The notes: generated from the letters alone by a model not told the origin. A stretch of 64,000 nt of DNA from Lachnospiraceae bacterium (GCA_017442865.1 JAFRXK010000010.1:17810-81809); one strand, 5' to 3'; numbered from the stretch's first letter, positions 9,165 through 18,692 are shown. Translations and numbers: made by a program.

Positions 9165-9780
9165 TCTTTTCTCTTAATCTTCTGACATGAACATCAACGG
9201 TTCTGACATCGCCCGGATATTCATAGCCCCAGACAATATTAAGAAGCTTCTCACGGCTGTATACCTTGCCCGGATTCTTAAGCAAAAGCTCCAAAAGGTC
9301 AAATTCCTTAGCTGTAAGATTCACCTCTTCGTCATCAATAAATACTCTTCTGGACTCCGGCTCCATAACAAGATTCTTAACCTTAATGACATTTGTATTG
9401 ACCTCTTCAGTCTTCTTCTTTGAATTTCTTCTGATTATCGCCTTAATACGAGCCTTAACCTCCAGTATATTAAATGGTTTCGTAATATAGTCATCAGCGC
9501 CGTAATCAAGACCAAGAATCTTGTCCATATCATCATTCTTAGCAGTAATCATAATGATAGGCATATCCGAAAACTCTCTTATCTGCTGGCACACGCCAAA
9601 GCCGTCCAGCTTTGGAAGCATGACATCTAAAAGTACTACGTCGTATTCCTGCTTTTTTGCATATTCAAGTGCTTCCTCGCCGTCATACGCACAGTCGACC
9701 TCCATGCCCTCCTGCTCAAGACTGAACTTGATTCCCTTAACTATAATCTTTTCGTCATCTACTACTAATACCTTAGCCAT
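9094..9780 (-). CDS. OmpR/PhoB-family response regulator
   Basis: It has a receiver domain (KVLVVDDE, LLDVMLPKLDG) and a winged-helix output domain (TVDVHVRRLREKI). The start is set at ATG 9780, with an AAGGGGGA Shine-Dalgarno. Confidence 0.9.
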   Translation of the reverse strand: MAKVLVVDDEKIIVKGIKFSLEQEGMEVDCAYDGEEALEYAKKQEYDVVLLDVMLPKLDGFGVCQQIREFSDMPIIMITAKNDDMDKILGLDYGADDYITKPFNILEVKARIKAIIRRNSKKKTEEVNTNVIKVKNLVMEPESRRVFIDDEEVNLTAKEFDLLELLLKNPGKVYSREKLLNIVWGYEYPGDVRTVDVHVRRLREKIEANATAPQFVFTKWGVGYYFKG

Positions 9781-9833
9781 GGCTTCCCCCTTAAATATGT
9801 CCTGTTGTATTTTGTTCAATACACGCATGCTAA

Positions 9834-10418
9834 TCAGCCTGCCGTAATTAAATCCTTTATCTTATTATAAATGCTGTCCTTTATGCCCGATACCTTCTTG
9901 ATATCCTCTGTTCTTTCAAATGCTCCATTCTCATTGCGATATGCAATGATATCCCTAGCCCTCGCCTCCCCTATACCCGGAAGCGAAACAAGCGTCTTTA
10001 TATCTGCAGTATTAATGTTGATTCGCAAGTCCTCATACGCATCTTCAAGTGCAGCGGTCTGCATATCCTCCACAGAGGGAACAACAATCTTCTGCCCGTC
10101 CGTCAATACGCCCGCCAGATTAAGTCCATCCTCTGCCGCATCTGCTGTCAATCCTCCCGCCGCCTCAACAAGCTCAAAAAGCCTGCTGCCGCTTTTCATC
10201 TCGTATACGCCGCTTTTTACAATCTCTCCACATATATATACATAAATAGCATCGGAGGACTCCTCTACGGCATCACTCTCAACAGCACTTTCCGAAACAA
10301 CTGCCTCCCTTAATGATACCTGTATATCCGGCTCATCACCTATATCGCTGCAGCTGTACGCAGCTCCGCACACGACAAAAACAACCGACAGAAAAAGCAA
10401 TTTATAATTAATTTTCAT
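9834..10418 (-). CDS. comEA: ComEA-family DNA receptor (SLBB plus tandem helix-hairpin-helix)
   Basis: It has an N-terminal signal/anchor, an SLBB segment (IYVYICGEIVKSGVYEM) and a C-terminal HhH pair (INTADIKTLVSLPGIGEARARDIIAYR). Confidence 0.85.
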   Translation of the reverse strand: MKINYKLLFLSVVFVVCGAAYSCSDIGDEPDIQVSLREAVVSESAVESDAVEESSDAIYVYICGEIVKSGVYEMKSGSRLFELVEAAGGLTADAAEDGLNLAGVLTDGQKIVVPSVEDMQTAALEDAYEDLRININTADIKTLVSLPGIGEARARDIIAYRNENGAFERTEDIKKVSGIKDSIYNKIKDLITAG

Positions 10419-10508
10419 GCATACAACGCCTCCAAAACGGAGATATCGTATACCTTCACGCTTATTATTATTCTATCGTAAATACAGATTAAATCAAGAG
10501 TTTTCTTT

Positions 10509-10937
10509 TCACCATTTGAAAATTACTATTCCTGCAATTGCTAAAGCCGCGCCAACCACGCTCTTTAGCTCAAATCCGGTTTTCTCCACTCCGAAAAGCC
10601 CGAACACTTCAATAATATATGCAGTGATAATCTGAGCTACTACAATAATCATCACAGCCTTTGCAGGACCAAGGCTGTCCATGCCCTTAATCACAGTAAG
10701 CGTAATAAATGCTCCGACTGCGCCTGCCAAAAGCATATATTTTGGCTGCACATTAAGTATTGCCGACACACTCTGTCTTCCTGTTGCCAGCCACGCGAAC
10801 AGACACACAATAAATGCCGTAAGCTGCGCAAAGCCTGTCGTAACCCAAAGACTTGACTGTTTTGTAAGCTCTGTATTAAAAACTCCCTGAATGCTCATAA
10901 GCGCCCCTGAAATCAGGGCAATTATTATACCCCACAT
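10509..10937 (-). CDS. DMT-superfamily membrane protein (DUF606/YdcZ-like)
   Basis: 142 aa with 5 TM segments. The N-terminus GALMSIQGVFNTEL resembles YdcZ-type proteins. Confidence 0.65.
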   Translation of the reverse strand: MWGIIIALISGALMSIQGVFNTELTKQSSLWVTTGFAQLTAFIVCLFAWLATGRQSVSAILNVQPKYMLLAGAVGAFITLTVIKGMDSLGPAKAVMIIVVAQIITAYIIEVFGLFGVEKTGFELKSVVGAALAIAGIVIFKW

Positions 10938-10960
10938 CTGCGTATGCCTCCTTTTATATG

Positions 10961-11187
10961 TTTGTGAAAAAAATAATTATTTGTAATTATGTGAATAATA
11001 TTATCCTCGCAGGCTCCGCCAAAAAAGTCACCTGCCGATGATAAAATTATTCACATAATAATGCCGAGGGTTTTCACAAACGATATAAGTAGTATACGCA
11101 GAATTGATTTTTTTAGTCAGAAATATGTTTTTACTCTTTCCCTCTAAAAAAGTTATCAGCCGATGATAAAAATTATTCACATAATTA
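10961..11187. repeat. Intergenic palindromic element with a duplicated right arm
   Basis: There are three nested arm pairs: 10961-10970 with 11071-11080, 10986-11005 with 11040-11059, and 11009-11013 with 11031-11035. The right arm plus its flank (11021-11061) is repeated directly at 11145-11187. Confidence 0.6.
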
Positions 11188-11229
11188 ATTATGATTTTAG
11201 TTTGACTAGACGTGGTTTTTTAAGTAAAA

Positions 11230-12114
11230 TTGTATCTGTATATGCTTATTACTGCGCAGTGCTGCGATAGCCTGCTGCAAAGGTTATTTTGTATTTTTTA
11301 TAAGTATTGCTTGAAGGGCGGTGTAATTGTGGGATTTGTTTTGTATAGAAGTGATAATGAATTAAGGAAGCTCTGGAATGATTTTTCAAGCCTTATTTTT
11401 CCGTTATGCAGCTCTTATATGCGCAGTCCTGAGGCATCCTATCAGGCGCTTATAAATGTTTTTGTTGAGGCGATGAAGTATGAGCATGATTTTGAAGATG
11501 ATACGGCAGCAAAGAACTGGCTGATTATATGCACCGAAAGGGTGTGCCGCAATATGCTCAATGGCTGGTGGCGATATTCCGACTCTGAATATGAGCTTCC
11601 TTCGGATGCTATAGTGTATGACCATGAAGGCTTTTTTGATGAGCTCGCTGCTCTTCCGCACAAATACAAGCTGGCTTTATTCTTAAAATACCATGAAGGG
11701 CTTTCAACTGAAGAGATTGGCAGGCTGCTTAAGGCTTCACAGCACATTATAAGAAGCCGTCTGCACAATGCAAAAGCATTTATAAATAACGCAGACTCTT
11801 TTCCTGATGTACAGGCATTCAAGGCTGCCTATGATTCAGTGGTTCTTCCTTCGCATATAAGCCAAAGCCTTTGCGATATATGTATATCACAGGCACATGA
11901 CGAAGAATTCGACAGTAACATACTGCCTGAAGAAGCCATGCCTGATGAGGGCGACCCTTATCAGTATTCATTTCGTGTATCTGAGGATTTTGACGACAGG
12001 GCTGAAAGCATCGCACTCCTTAAAGCAAATTTTCCGAAGCTTATTCCCGGATTCTTATGCATAATTGCAATAATCATTATCATGATAATGTATTTTATAA
12101 AGAATCCTATGTGA
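11230..12114 (+). CDS. ECF-like sigma-70 family factor with C-terminal extension ending in a transmembrane helix
   Basis: Region 2-like sequence: FVEAMKYEHDFEDDTAAKNWLIICTERVCRNML. Region 4 HTH: LALFLKYHEGLSTEEIGRLLKASQHIIRSRLHNA. About 110 further aa end in FLCIIAIIIIMIMYFI. The start is uncertain (TTG 11230 or GTG 11329). Confidence 0.7.
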   Translation: MYLYMLITAQCCDSLLQRLFCIFYKYCLKGGVIVGFVLYRSDNELRKLWNDFSSLIFPLCSSYMRSPEASYQALINVFVEAMKYEHDFEDDTAAKNWLIICTERVCRNMLNGWWRYSDSEYELPSDAIVYDHEGFFDELAALPHKYKLALFLKYHEGLSTEEIGRLLKASQHIIRSRLHNAKAFINNADSFPDVQAFKAAYDSVVLPSHISQSLCDICISQAHDEEFDSNILPEEAMPDEGDPYQYSFRVSEDFDDRAESIALLKANFPKLIPGFLCIIAIIIIMIMYFIKNPM

Positions 12115-12163
12115 TAATACGCAAATCATTTCTGCACAATTTTACTCAAAGATACTCAAAGCA

Positions 12164-12207
12164 AACAGGAGCACGCTTCTTTTAGGAAGGTCATGCTCCT
12201 GTTTTTA
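12164..12207 (+). terminator. Terminator between the convergent sigma and C11 genes
   Basis: aacaggagca (12164-12173) pairs with tgctcctgtt (12194-12203), followed by a T-run. Confidence 0.7.
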
Positions 12208-12268
12208 TATATTTCGGTTCAATATAATTATTTAAAATACGTCTTTGCTTTCAAGCATCCTTTACAGA

Positions 12269-15200
12269 CTACTTCCTGTATGCCCTTCTTTTATTAACCA
12301 CGCCAAACACAACAACTGACATCATAATCAGCATCAGATACAATGCTACGCTGTGATTGTCGCCTGTTGACGGTGTATTTCCACCATGAGGCTGTGACTG
12401 CGGTTGTGTAACCGGTTCAACACTCTGTGACTGCGGCTGCGTAGCCGGTTCAACACTCTGTGACTGTGGCTGAGTCTCTTCCTCATCCATAGGCGAAATG
12501 ATAAGACTTGAAGGGTCAGCAATCTTTATCTTTCCGTCGGCGTCCTCAAAAAGCTCACCGCAGCGTAAGCATTTATAATGTGCCCTGCAGCCTGCCTCTG
12601 TTTTGGTCGGATGTACTTCGGCAACAAAGCTTAAATTGTGACCGAGTGCATCAGTTGAGATATGCTCTCTTGACAACTCTGTGCCACACTCGCCGCAATA
12701 TACCACCTCATCAAAGGAGCCTCCCTCCTCACAGCCTGCCGGTATTTCATTTTCAACAACTGCGTCTGAAGGTGTATGCACGACTGCTGTAAGCACGATG
12801 CCGCCAACATTCTCCCTGCTTATCGTAAACGGATAAGCGGTATCGTCTGCCTTGTATAAAGCAGGTGTCTCTGTCACCATATAAGAATAATCACCATATG
12901 CAAGCTTCACGCTTACTGTTCCATCCTCACCCGTGTACAGCACCTTGTCTGAATCAGTTATCTTTATGCCGCAATCCTTTACAGGCTCGCCTGCATGGTT
13001 AGTAACCTTTATTGTGACCGGAGCGATTCCGGCATCGGTGATTACGTAGTCGGCGTATATTATACCTGTATATCTGCCCATTCCTATGACCATAAGCTTT
13101 GCCTCTCCGACATCTTTACTTCCATCATAAAGCACTCTGTAATCAGTACCACATGTAAGCGTATTGTCGCCAATTTTAACAGTCACATCAGGCTGCTGCT
13201 TGTCACCGTTATATACGGCCTCTGCCACCAAAACATCCGCAGTACTTAAATCCGTAATAAAATCACCGTTTTCAGCATCTAAGCCTGCTTTACTGATCAA
13301 ATCACTAAATAAAACTTTTCCACCAAACAAATCTGTAATCATATACATATTTTCAGCCGATGTTCCTTCAGGCATTTCATTTAGCTCAATCTCACGCACA
13401 CTCATGCCAAAGTATTCTTTTGAAGCATCCGCTGTAGAACAATTGCTCAAAGGAAGCGTTACAGTATAACCAGACACATCTGCCATCTCAGATACTGTTG
13501 TATAATTGCTTTCATAATCATATGGAGGTATTTCATCCATAGAAATATAGTTTCGCTCACCTGATGAAGCAATATTGCTGCTAATTCCATCTATCCTCCA
13601 TTCTCCATCCTGAAGTGATATATATAGATAATAATAATAGTATATATGATAGTCATTTTGTACAAGAATCGGGATATATGCCTCTGTATGCTCATTATTT
13701 GTAAACATTAACTTTGCCGGCTTATATAAGCCTTCATCATCAACAACTACAAAAGTTGTTTTTTTCAAGTCTTTCATATCAAAAACCCTGGAGTCATCCG
13801 CTATAGCTCTTTGATAAATCACATCCTTATCATCATAATAATCCAAAATATAGCTACTGTAATCACGTTCTCCGTTATTGTAGTCCGAAGTATAACCAAA
13901 CCCGTCAGGGAAATAACGGTTTCTTTGAACATAAGAATAGTCGTAATAACTTAAATTCATTTTAAAACATAAATCATTCGGAGCAACGCTAACATCAAAA
14001 CAGTTAAAAATACTGCCTAATGAATGTGGCGAAACATCTGACAGAAAAACCTTATATCCTTTAATATTCCCCTCAGTATCTCTTACCTGCTTTGCAGAAA
14101 TATTTTCCGCTGTCAAAGTCTCGGACACAACCTGTGAAATAATATCAGAAATATAGTTTCTGACATCACTATCTGATGCAAATGAACCTTTCTGAATCAG
14201 ATACTCAGCTACTCCGTAAAAATCCTCCCAGATATAATCATCATCGAGAGCACTTTTGACATCATCATATGTGATATCGGTATCTCCATCATTTATCATG
14301 GATGTAACCACATGGCATACAGACGATATAATGCCATAATAGGCTATTGCAGAAATATAATTATTCATAAAAGTCTTTTCTGCTCCGTCAGGCATCATAT
14401 CAGCAGCCATACTCATATAGTAAACATAATCCGATACTGTATATATGTTATCTGTCGGGAAGAAAATGTTTAATCCATTTGCATTCGTACTGCCTTCCTC
14501 AATATCCGCCTTAAATAGTCTGCCATTTAAATCACGGACATTTCTGCCGTTTGCCGGTGTGTTTTTAGCCCATTTATTAGCATAATATATAACATCATCA
14601 CTGCTGTTATCTCTGTCATTAAGTGCGTTTAATATATTTAACGAATATTGCGTGTACTTATTTATACAACTTTTTATTTCATCCGGAGTTGCAATGTCAT
14701 CTTCAGTCTGTATACAACTCAAGGCGCCCATAAAGTTTCCGAAATCATACAAGTCAATCTGTATGTCCTTAGCATATTCATAGGCAGCACCAATGGAGTA
14801 CAATTCATCATAAAAGTTATAATAATTGTTAACAGGATTCTTTGTTCCCGCCTCACTAATTAGTATTTCACTTATTCGTTCAAGATTTGGCAGTATCCGC
14901 TCTCTAAAATTCTTAATGTCTATAACCGAAAGCGTCCAGAGCCATTCACCATCTTTCTTGGCATGATTACAATAATCATCAGCAATTTTTTTTCCTATCT
15001 CATATCCGTTCATAGAAGGATTATCCTTAATAACATTCAGCCACTCGGTGTAATACTGACCGTACACCGGCTCCTCCTCAGCTGCACCTATATAATAATC
15101 CGTGAATGAGCTTAATGCTACTATCATCTCAACATTACCCATAACACAAGCATCATAATTTATTATTTCAAATTTGTTGCCATCATTATAAAAATCACTT

Positions 15201-15772
15201 TCGCTTAAAGCTTGTATTGTTTCATATAAGTACAATTCATTTCCGCCAAGCATAGAACTGCTAAATCCATATACAGGACCCTCTCCATGATCCCATAAAA
15301 TAATATCATATAAGTCGGCAGGATAATTTTTGTAGCAATAATCTACAAATGTAGTTAAGGTTTCAGGATCTCCTAATTTAGTATTTTGAATACTGCTTAT
15401 TCCGGTCTCCTCAATAAGTGTCATGAAGCCATGCTCTTCGCCGTCCTTCTTTCCCTCAAGTTTCCATACCTGGTTGTATTTTTCGTTAATTGAATCGGCA
15501 CCGTTAAGATATTCTGACGGTGTGTTCCAATCCCCCCTTGTACAGCCGGTCATAATAATAATATTAATATTTTCATTGTATTCTGATTCCGTCATCTGAA
15601 TTATGTTACCGGTTGCGCCACTATAATAACTTTCCAGATCCGATCCGTCAAAGTACAACATAATTGTACGGGTAGGCGTCTGTACGTCTGCATACGCCGG
15701 TGAATCCGGAATGCTCATAATGGCAACTACAAAAGCAAGAACTATTACCATTATCCTTTTTAATAATTTCAT
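12269..15772 (-). CDS. Cell-wall-anchored clostripain-family (peptidase C11) multidomain surface protein
   Basis: It has a signal peptide. The C11 His/Cys dyad contexts are ILWDHGEGP and INYDACVMG. A Cna-B/SpaA-like domain reads YTGEDGTVSVKLAYGDYSYMVTETP, and a Cys4 module reads CGECG...CLRCG. TQPQSQSVEP repeats follow, then TPSTGDN plus a TM helix plus KRRAYRK. Confidence 0.75.
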   Translation of the reverse strand: MKLLKRIMVIVLAFVVAIMSIPDSPAYADVQTPTRTIMLYFDGSDLESYYSGATGNIIQMTESEYNENINIIIMTGCTRGDWNTPSEYLNGADSINEKYNQVWKLEGKKDGEEHGFMTLIEETGISSIQNTKLGDPETLTTFVDYCYKNYPADLYDIILWDHGEGPVYGFSSSMLGGNELYLYETIQALSESDFYNDGNKFEIINYDACVMGNVEMIVALSSFTDYYIGAAEEEPVYGQYYTEWLNVIKDNPSMNGYEIGKKIADDYCNHAKKDGEWLWTLSVIDIKNFRERILPNLERISEILISEAGTKNPVNNYYNFYDELYSIGAAYEYAKDIQIDLYDFGNFMGALSCIQTEDDIATPDEIKSCINKYTQYSLNILNALNDRDNSSDDVIYYANKWAKNTPANGRNVRDLNGRLFKADIEEGSTNANGLNIFFPTDNIYTVSDYVYYMSMAADMMPDGAEKTFMNNYISAIAYYGIISSVCHVVTSMINDGDTDITYDDVKSALDDDYIWEDFYGVAEYLIQKGSFASDSDVRNYISDIISQVVSETLTAENISAKQVRDTEGNIKGYKVFLSDVSPHSLGSIFNCFDVSVAPNDLCFKMNLSYYDYSYVQRNRYFPDGFGYTSDYNNGERDYSSYILDYYDDKDVIYQRAIADDSRVFDMKDLKKTTFVVVDDEGLYKPAKLMFTNNEHTEAYIPILVQNDYHIYYYYYLYISLQDGEWRIDGISSNIASSGERNYISMDEIPPYDYESNYTTVSEMADVSGYTVTLPLSNCSTADASKEYFGMSVREIELNEMPEGTSAENMYMITDLFGGKVLFSDLISKAGLDAENGDFITDLSTADVLVAEAVYNGDKQQPDVTVKIGDNTLTCGTDYRVLYDGSKDVGEAKLMVIGMGRYTGIIYADYVITDAGIAPVTIKVTNHAGEPVKDCGIKITDSDKVLYTGEDGTVSVKLAYGDYSYMVTETPALYKADDTAYPFTISRENVGGIVLTAVVHTPSDAVVENEIPAGCEEGGSFDEVVYCGECGTELSREHISTDALGHNLSFVAEVHPTKTEAGCRAHYKCLRCGELFEDADGKIKIADPSSLIISPMDEEETQPQSQSVEPATQPQSQSVEPVTQPQSQPHGGNTPSTGDNHSVALYLMLIMMSVVVFGVVNKRRAYRK

Positions 15773-15874
15773 CAGTGATACCTCCTCGTAACCACATATT
15801 ATATTAACATAATACCATTAATTTTATTTTTTTCATTAAAAACAATATCATTTACACAAATTTTTTCACAGTTC

Positions 15875-15903
15875 TTGACATCATGTCAACAAGCGCATAT
15901 AAT
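15875..15903 (+). promoter_or_regulatory. Consensus sigma-A-type promoter of the TetR gene with overlapping palindrome
   Basis: TTGACA (15875-15880), a 17-nt spacer, then TATAAT (15898-15903). A 7-1-7 palindrome ttgacat-c-atgtcaa lies at 15875-15889, and a related ttgacacaatgtca at 15911-15924. Confidence 0.6.
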
Positions 15904-15952
15904 ATATTTATTGACACAATGTCAGCAAAAAAATAATAAGGAATTTGAAAAT

Positions 15953-16579
15953 ATGATTAAAGGAACGCCTGAATTAATTGCCCAAAGAAGAGAAGAAATT
16001 ATCAATGCATGTGAACAGCTTTACAAGGATATGAGCTTTAAGGATATTACGCTTAAAGAGATAAGCAGCGTCACATCCTTTTCACGCCCGACCATATACA
16101 ACTATTTTGAAACGAAGGAAGAGATATTTCTTGCACTTTTTGAGCGTGAGTACAATCGCTGGAATGAAGACCTTGAAAGAATTATCTCTGATAATGAGCA
16201 GCTTACACGAGTAATGATTGCAAAAAAGCTTGCATATTCTCTTGAGAAAAGGCAGCAGCTTTTAAAGCTTTTATCTATGAACAATTATGACATGGAGGCA
16301 AACTCCAGAGCAGAGCTTCTTACAGATTTCAAGATTGCCTACGGAAAATCCATTAGTAATGTCCGCAGTATACTTGACAAGTTCTGTCCTGAAATGGATG
16401 CCGGCAAAAAGCAGAGCTTTATTTATATATTCTTTCCTTTTATGTTTGGAATATATCCCTATACTGCTGTAACAGACAGGCAAAAAGCCGCCATGACAGC
16501 CGCCGGCGTTGATTATAACTATCAATCCGTTTACGAATTAACATACAGCTGTCTTCTGGGGCTGTTCGGAGAAAAATAA
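15953..16579 (+). CDS. TetR/AcrR-family transcriptional regulator
   Basis: The N-terminal HTH reads FKDITLKEISSVTSFSRPTIYNYFETKEEIF. The start is set at ATG 15953. Confidence 0.85.
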   Translation: MIKGTPELIAQRREEIINACEQLYKDMSFKDITLKEISSVTSFSRPTIYNYFETKEEIFLALFEREYNRWNEDLERIISDNEQLTRVMIAKKLAYSLEKRQQLLKLLSMNNYDMEANSRAELLTDFKIAYGKSISNVRSILDKFCPEMDAGKKQSFIYIFFPFMFGIYPYTAVTDRQKAAMTAAGVDYNYQSVYELTYSCLLGLFGEK

Positions 16580-16652
16580 CCGCCGGTGACGAATCTGATA
16601 TCATGATTTAACCGTCGTTTTATGAAATAATTATATAAGGAGTATGAAAGAT

Positions 16653-17696
16653 ATGAAGTATACAAGGCTTGGAAATTCAGAACTGATTGTTTCACGCATT
16701 TGCATGGGATGTATGGGCTTCGGAGACTCAAAGAGAGGGCAGCACAGCTGGACCATTGATGAAGAGCATTCAAGGGAAATTATTAAGCGCGGGCTGGAGC
16801 TTGGAGTTAATTTTTATGACACTGCCATCGCATACCAGAGCGGTACAAGCGAGCAGTATTTAGGAAGAGCGCTTCGCAGTCTTGCAAAGCGTGAGGATGT
16901 GGTTGTTGCCACAAAGTTTCTTCCGCGTACTTCGGAGGATATTAAGAACAATATAAGCGGACAGCAGCATATTGAAAATATGATAAACACAAGTCTTAAG
17001 AACCTTGGCATGGATTATGTGGACCTGTATATTTATCATATGTGGGACTGGAACACCCCTCTTTACGATATTCTTGACGGACTGAACCGAATTGTTAAGG
17101 CAGGCAAGGCAAGATATATCGGTATTTCAAACTGCTTTGCATGGCAGCTTGCAAAGGCAAATGCTCTCGCCCAAAGCGAAGGCTTTGCGAAGTTTATTTC
17201 AATTCAGGGACACTATAATCTGCTGTTTCGTGAAGAGGAGCGTGAAATGGTGCCATATTGTGAAGAAGAGAACATTGCACTTACGCCATACAGTGCGCTT
17301 GCAAGCGGACGTCTTTCCAGAAAGCCAGGTGAAAATGATACAAAGCGTGCCGCAGAGGATACCTACGCCAAATTCAAATATGACGCTACCGCTGCGCAGG
17401 ATAATATCATCATCTCACGCGTAGACGAAATTGCAACAAAGCGCGGCGTATCCATGACAGAGGTTTCCCTTGCATGGCTGCTTACAAAGGTTACGGCGCC
17501 TGTTGTAGGAGCTACGAAGCTTCACCACATTGAAGGCGCCGCAAAGGCTGTGGAGCTTGAGCTTACAAGCGAAGAAATTGCTTATCTTGAAGAGCCTTAT
17601 GTTCCTCATCCCCTAGCCGGAGTAATGGCTCAGAATAAGCCTGCAAACTCAAAAGAAAAGCATGTATGGTCCACAGGTGACCAAAAGCTTGGATAG
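16653..17696 (+). CDS. Aldo/keto reductase
   Basis: AKR signatures are present: LGCMGFG-type N-terminus, NFYDTAIAYQSG, DLYIYHMWD, ARYIGISN. ATG 16653 has better Shine-Dalgarno spacing (AAGGAG 10 nt upstream) than ATG 16644. Confidence 0.9.
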   Translation: MKYTRLGNSELIVSRICMGCMGFGDSKRGQHSWTIDEEHSREIIKRGLELGVNFYDTAIAYQSGTSEQYLGRALRSLAKREDVVVATKFLPRTSEDIKNNISGQQHIENMINTSLKNLGMDYVDLYIYHMWDWNTPLYDILDGLNRIVKAGKARYIGISNCFAWQLAKANALAQSEGFAKFISIQGHYNLLFREEEREMVPYCEEENIALTPYSALASGRLSRKPGENDTKRAAEDTYAKFKYDATAAQDNIIISRVDEIATKRGVSMTEVSLAWLLTKVTAPVVGATKLHHIEGAAKAVELELTSEEIAYLEEPYVPHPLAGVMAQNKPANSKEKHVWSTGDQKLG

Positions 17697-17720
17697 ACCA
17701 CCTTCTTTTTATATATGACG

Positions 17721-17757
17721 AAAAGACCATCCCTGTATATCGTGGATGGTCTTTTAA
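17721..17757. terminator. Bidirectional terminator between the AKR and degV genes
   Basis: aaaagaccatcc (17721-17732) pairs with ggatggtctttt (17744-17755). Confidence 0.7.
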
Positions 17758-17810
17758 TTATTTAACGAAATAATATGATGTTTACGGCAAAAGGGTTCCC
17801 TTTATACCTG

Positions 17811-18692
17811 TTATCTGTGGTCTGCCATATAAAATACGGCGAGTGCGCCCGGTCCTACATGAGTGCCGCTGCAGATATCATAATATTCAAAAATGATTTC
17901 CTTTACATGACAGGCCTGCTGTATGGCATCCGCCACATATCTTCCGTCCTCCTCACAGTCTGCATGCACGACTGAAATAATCTGGTTCTCAGGGTCGGTT
18001 ATTGTCTCCTTAACACGCTCGATAATTGCATTGAGCGTCTTTTTCCTTCCTCTTATCTTTTCAAGTGCTTCAATAGTGCCTTCAGTTGACGCCCTTAAGA
18101 AAGGCTTGATATTGAGCACTGAACCGATTGCTGCCGCCGCACCCGAAATACGTCCGCCTCTCCTTAAATATTTAAGGTCATCTACGGTAAACAGATGACA
18201 CATCTTAAGTCTGTTGTCCTCAAGCCACTTTGCGGTCTGCTCTATCGTATAATCCTCTTCATCTCTAAGCTTTGCAGCGTATATAAGCAAAAGACCAACG
18301 CCGAGCGATGCACCGAGTGAATCCACAACTATACACTTTCTGTCCGGATACTTCTCCATAAACTCCTCTGCGGCAATGCGCGCCGCCCCACATGTCCCTG
18401 TAAGTCCGCTTGACATACCCATGAACAGAACATCCTCTCCATTCTTAAGGAATGGTTCAAAAAACTTTTTAAATACCTGCGTATTAATTAATGATGTCCT
18501 GTAAACAATGCCCCTTCGCATATTGTCATAATACTGCTTTGCGGCGGTAGCATAGTCTCTGCCACGCACATAGTAAGTATATTCGCTGCCATCCTCACAG
18601 CTTGCCTTGCCGCTTATCATCTCGATACCGTACTTATCTATCAGCTCATCAGTAAGATTGCTGGTTGAATCTGTACATATTCTAAATTTCAT
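17811..18692 (-). CDS. degV: DegV-family fatty-acid-binding protein
   Basis: The sequence shows FRICTDSTSNL, TSLINTQ and FTVDDLKYLRRGGRIS. The start is set at ATG 18692, with a GGAGGAAG Shine-Dalgarno. Confidence 0.9.
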   Translation of the reverse strand: MKFRICTDSTSNLTDELIDKYGIEMISGKASCEDGSEYTYYVRGRDYATAAKQYYDNMRRGIVYRTSLINTQVFKKFFEPFLKNGEDVLFMGMSSGLTGTCGAARIAAEEFMEKYPDRKCIVVDSLGASLGVGLLLIYAAKLRDEEDYTIEQTAKWLEDNRLKMCHLFTVDDLKYLRRGGRISGAAAAIGSVLNIKPFLRASTEGTIEALEKIRGRKKTLNAIIERVKETITDPENQIISVVHADCEEDGRYVADAIQQACHVKEIIFEYYDICSGTHVGPGALAVFYMADHR

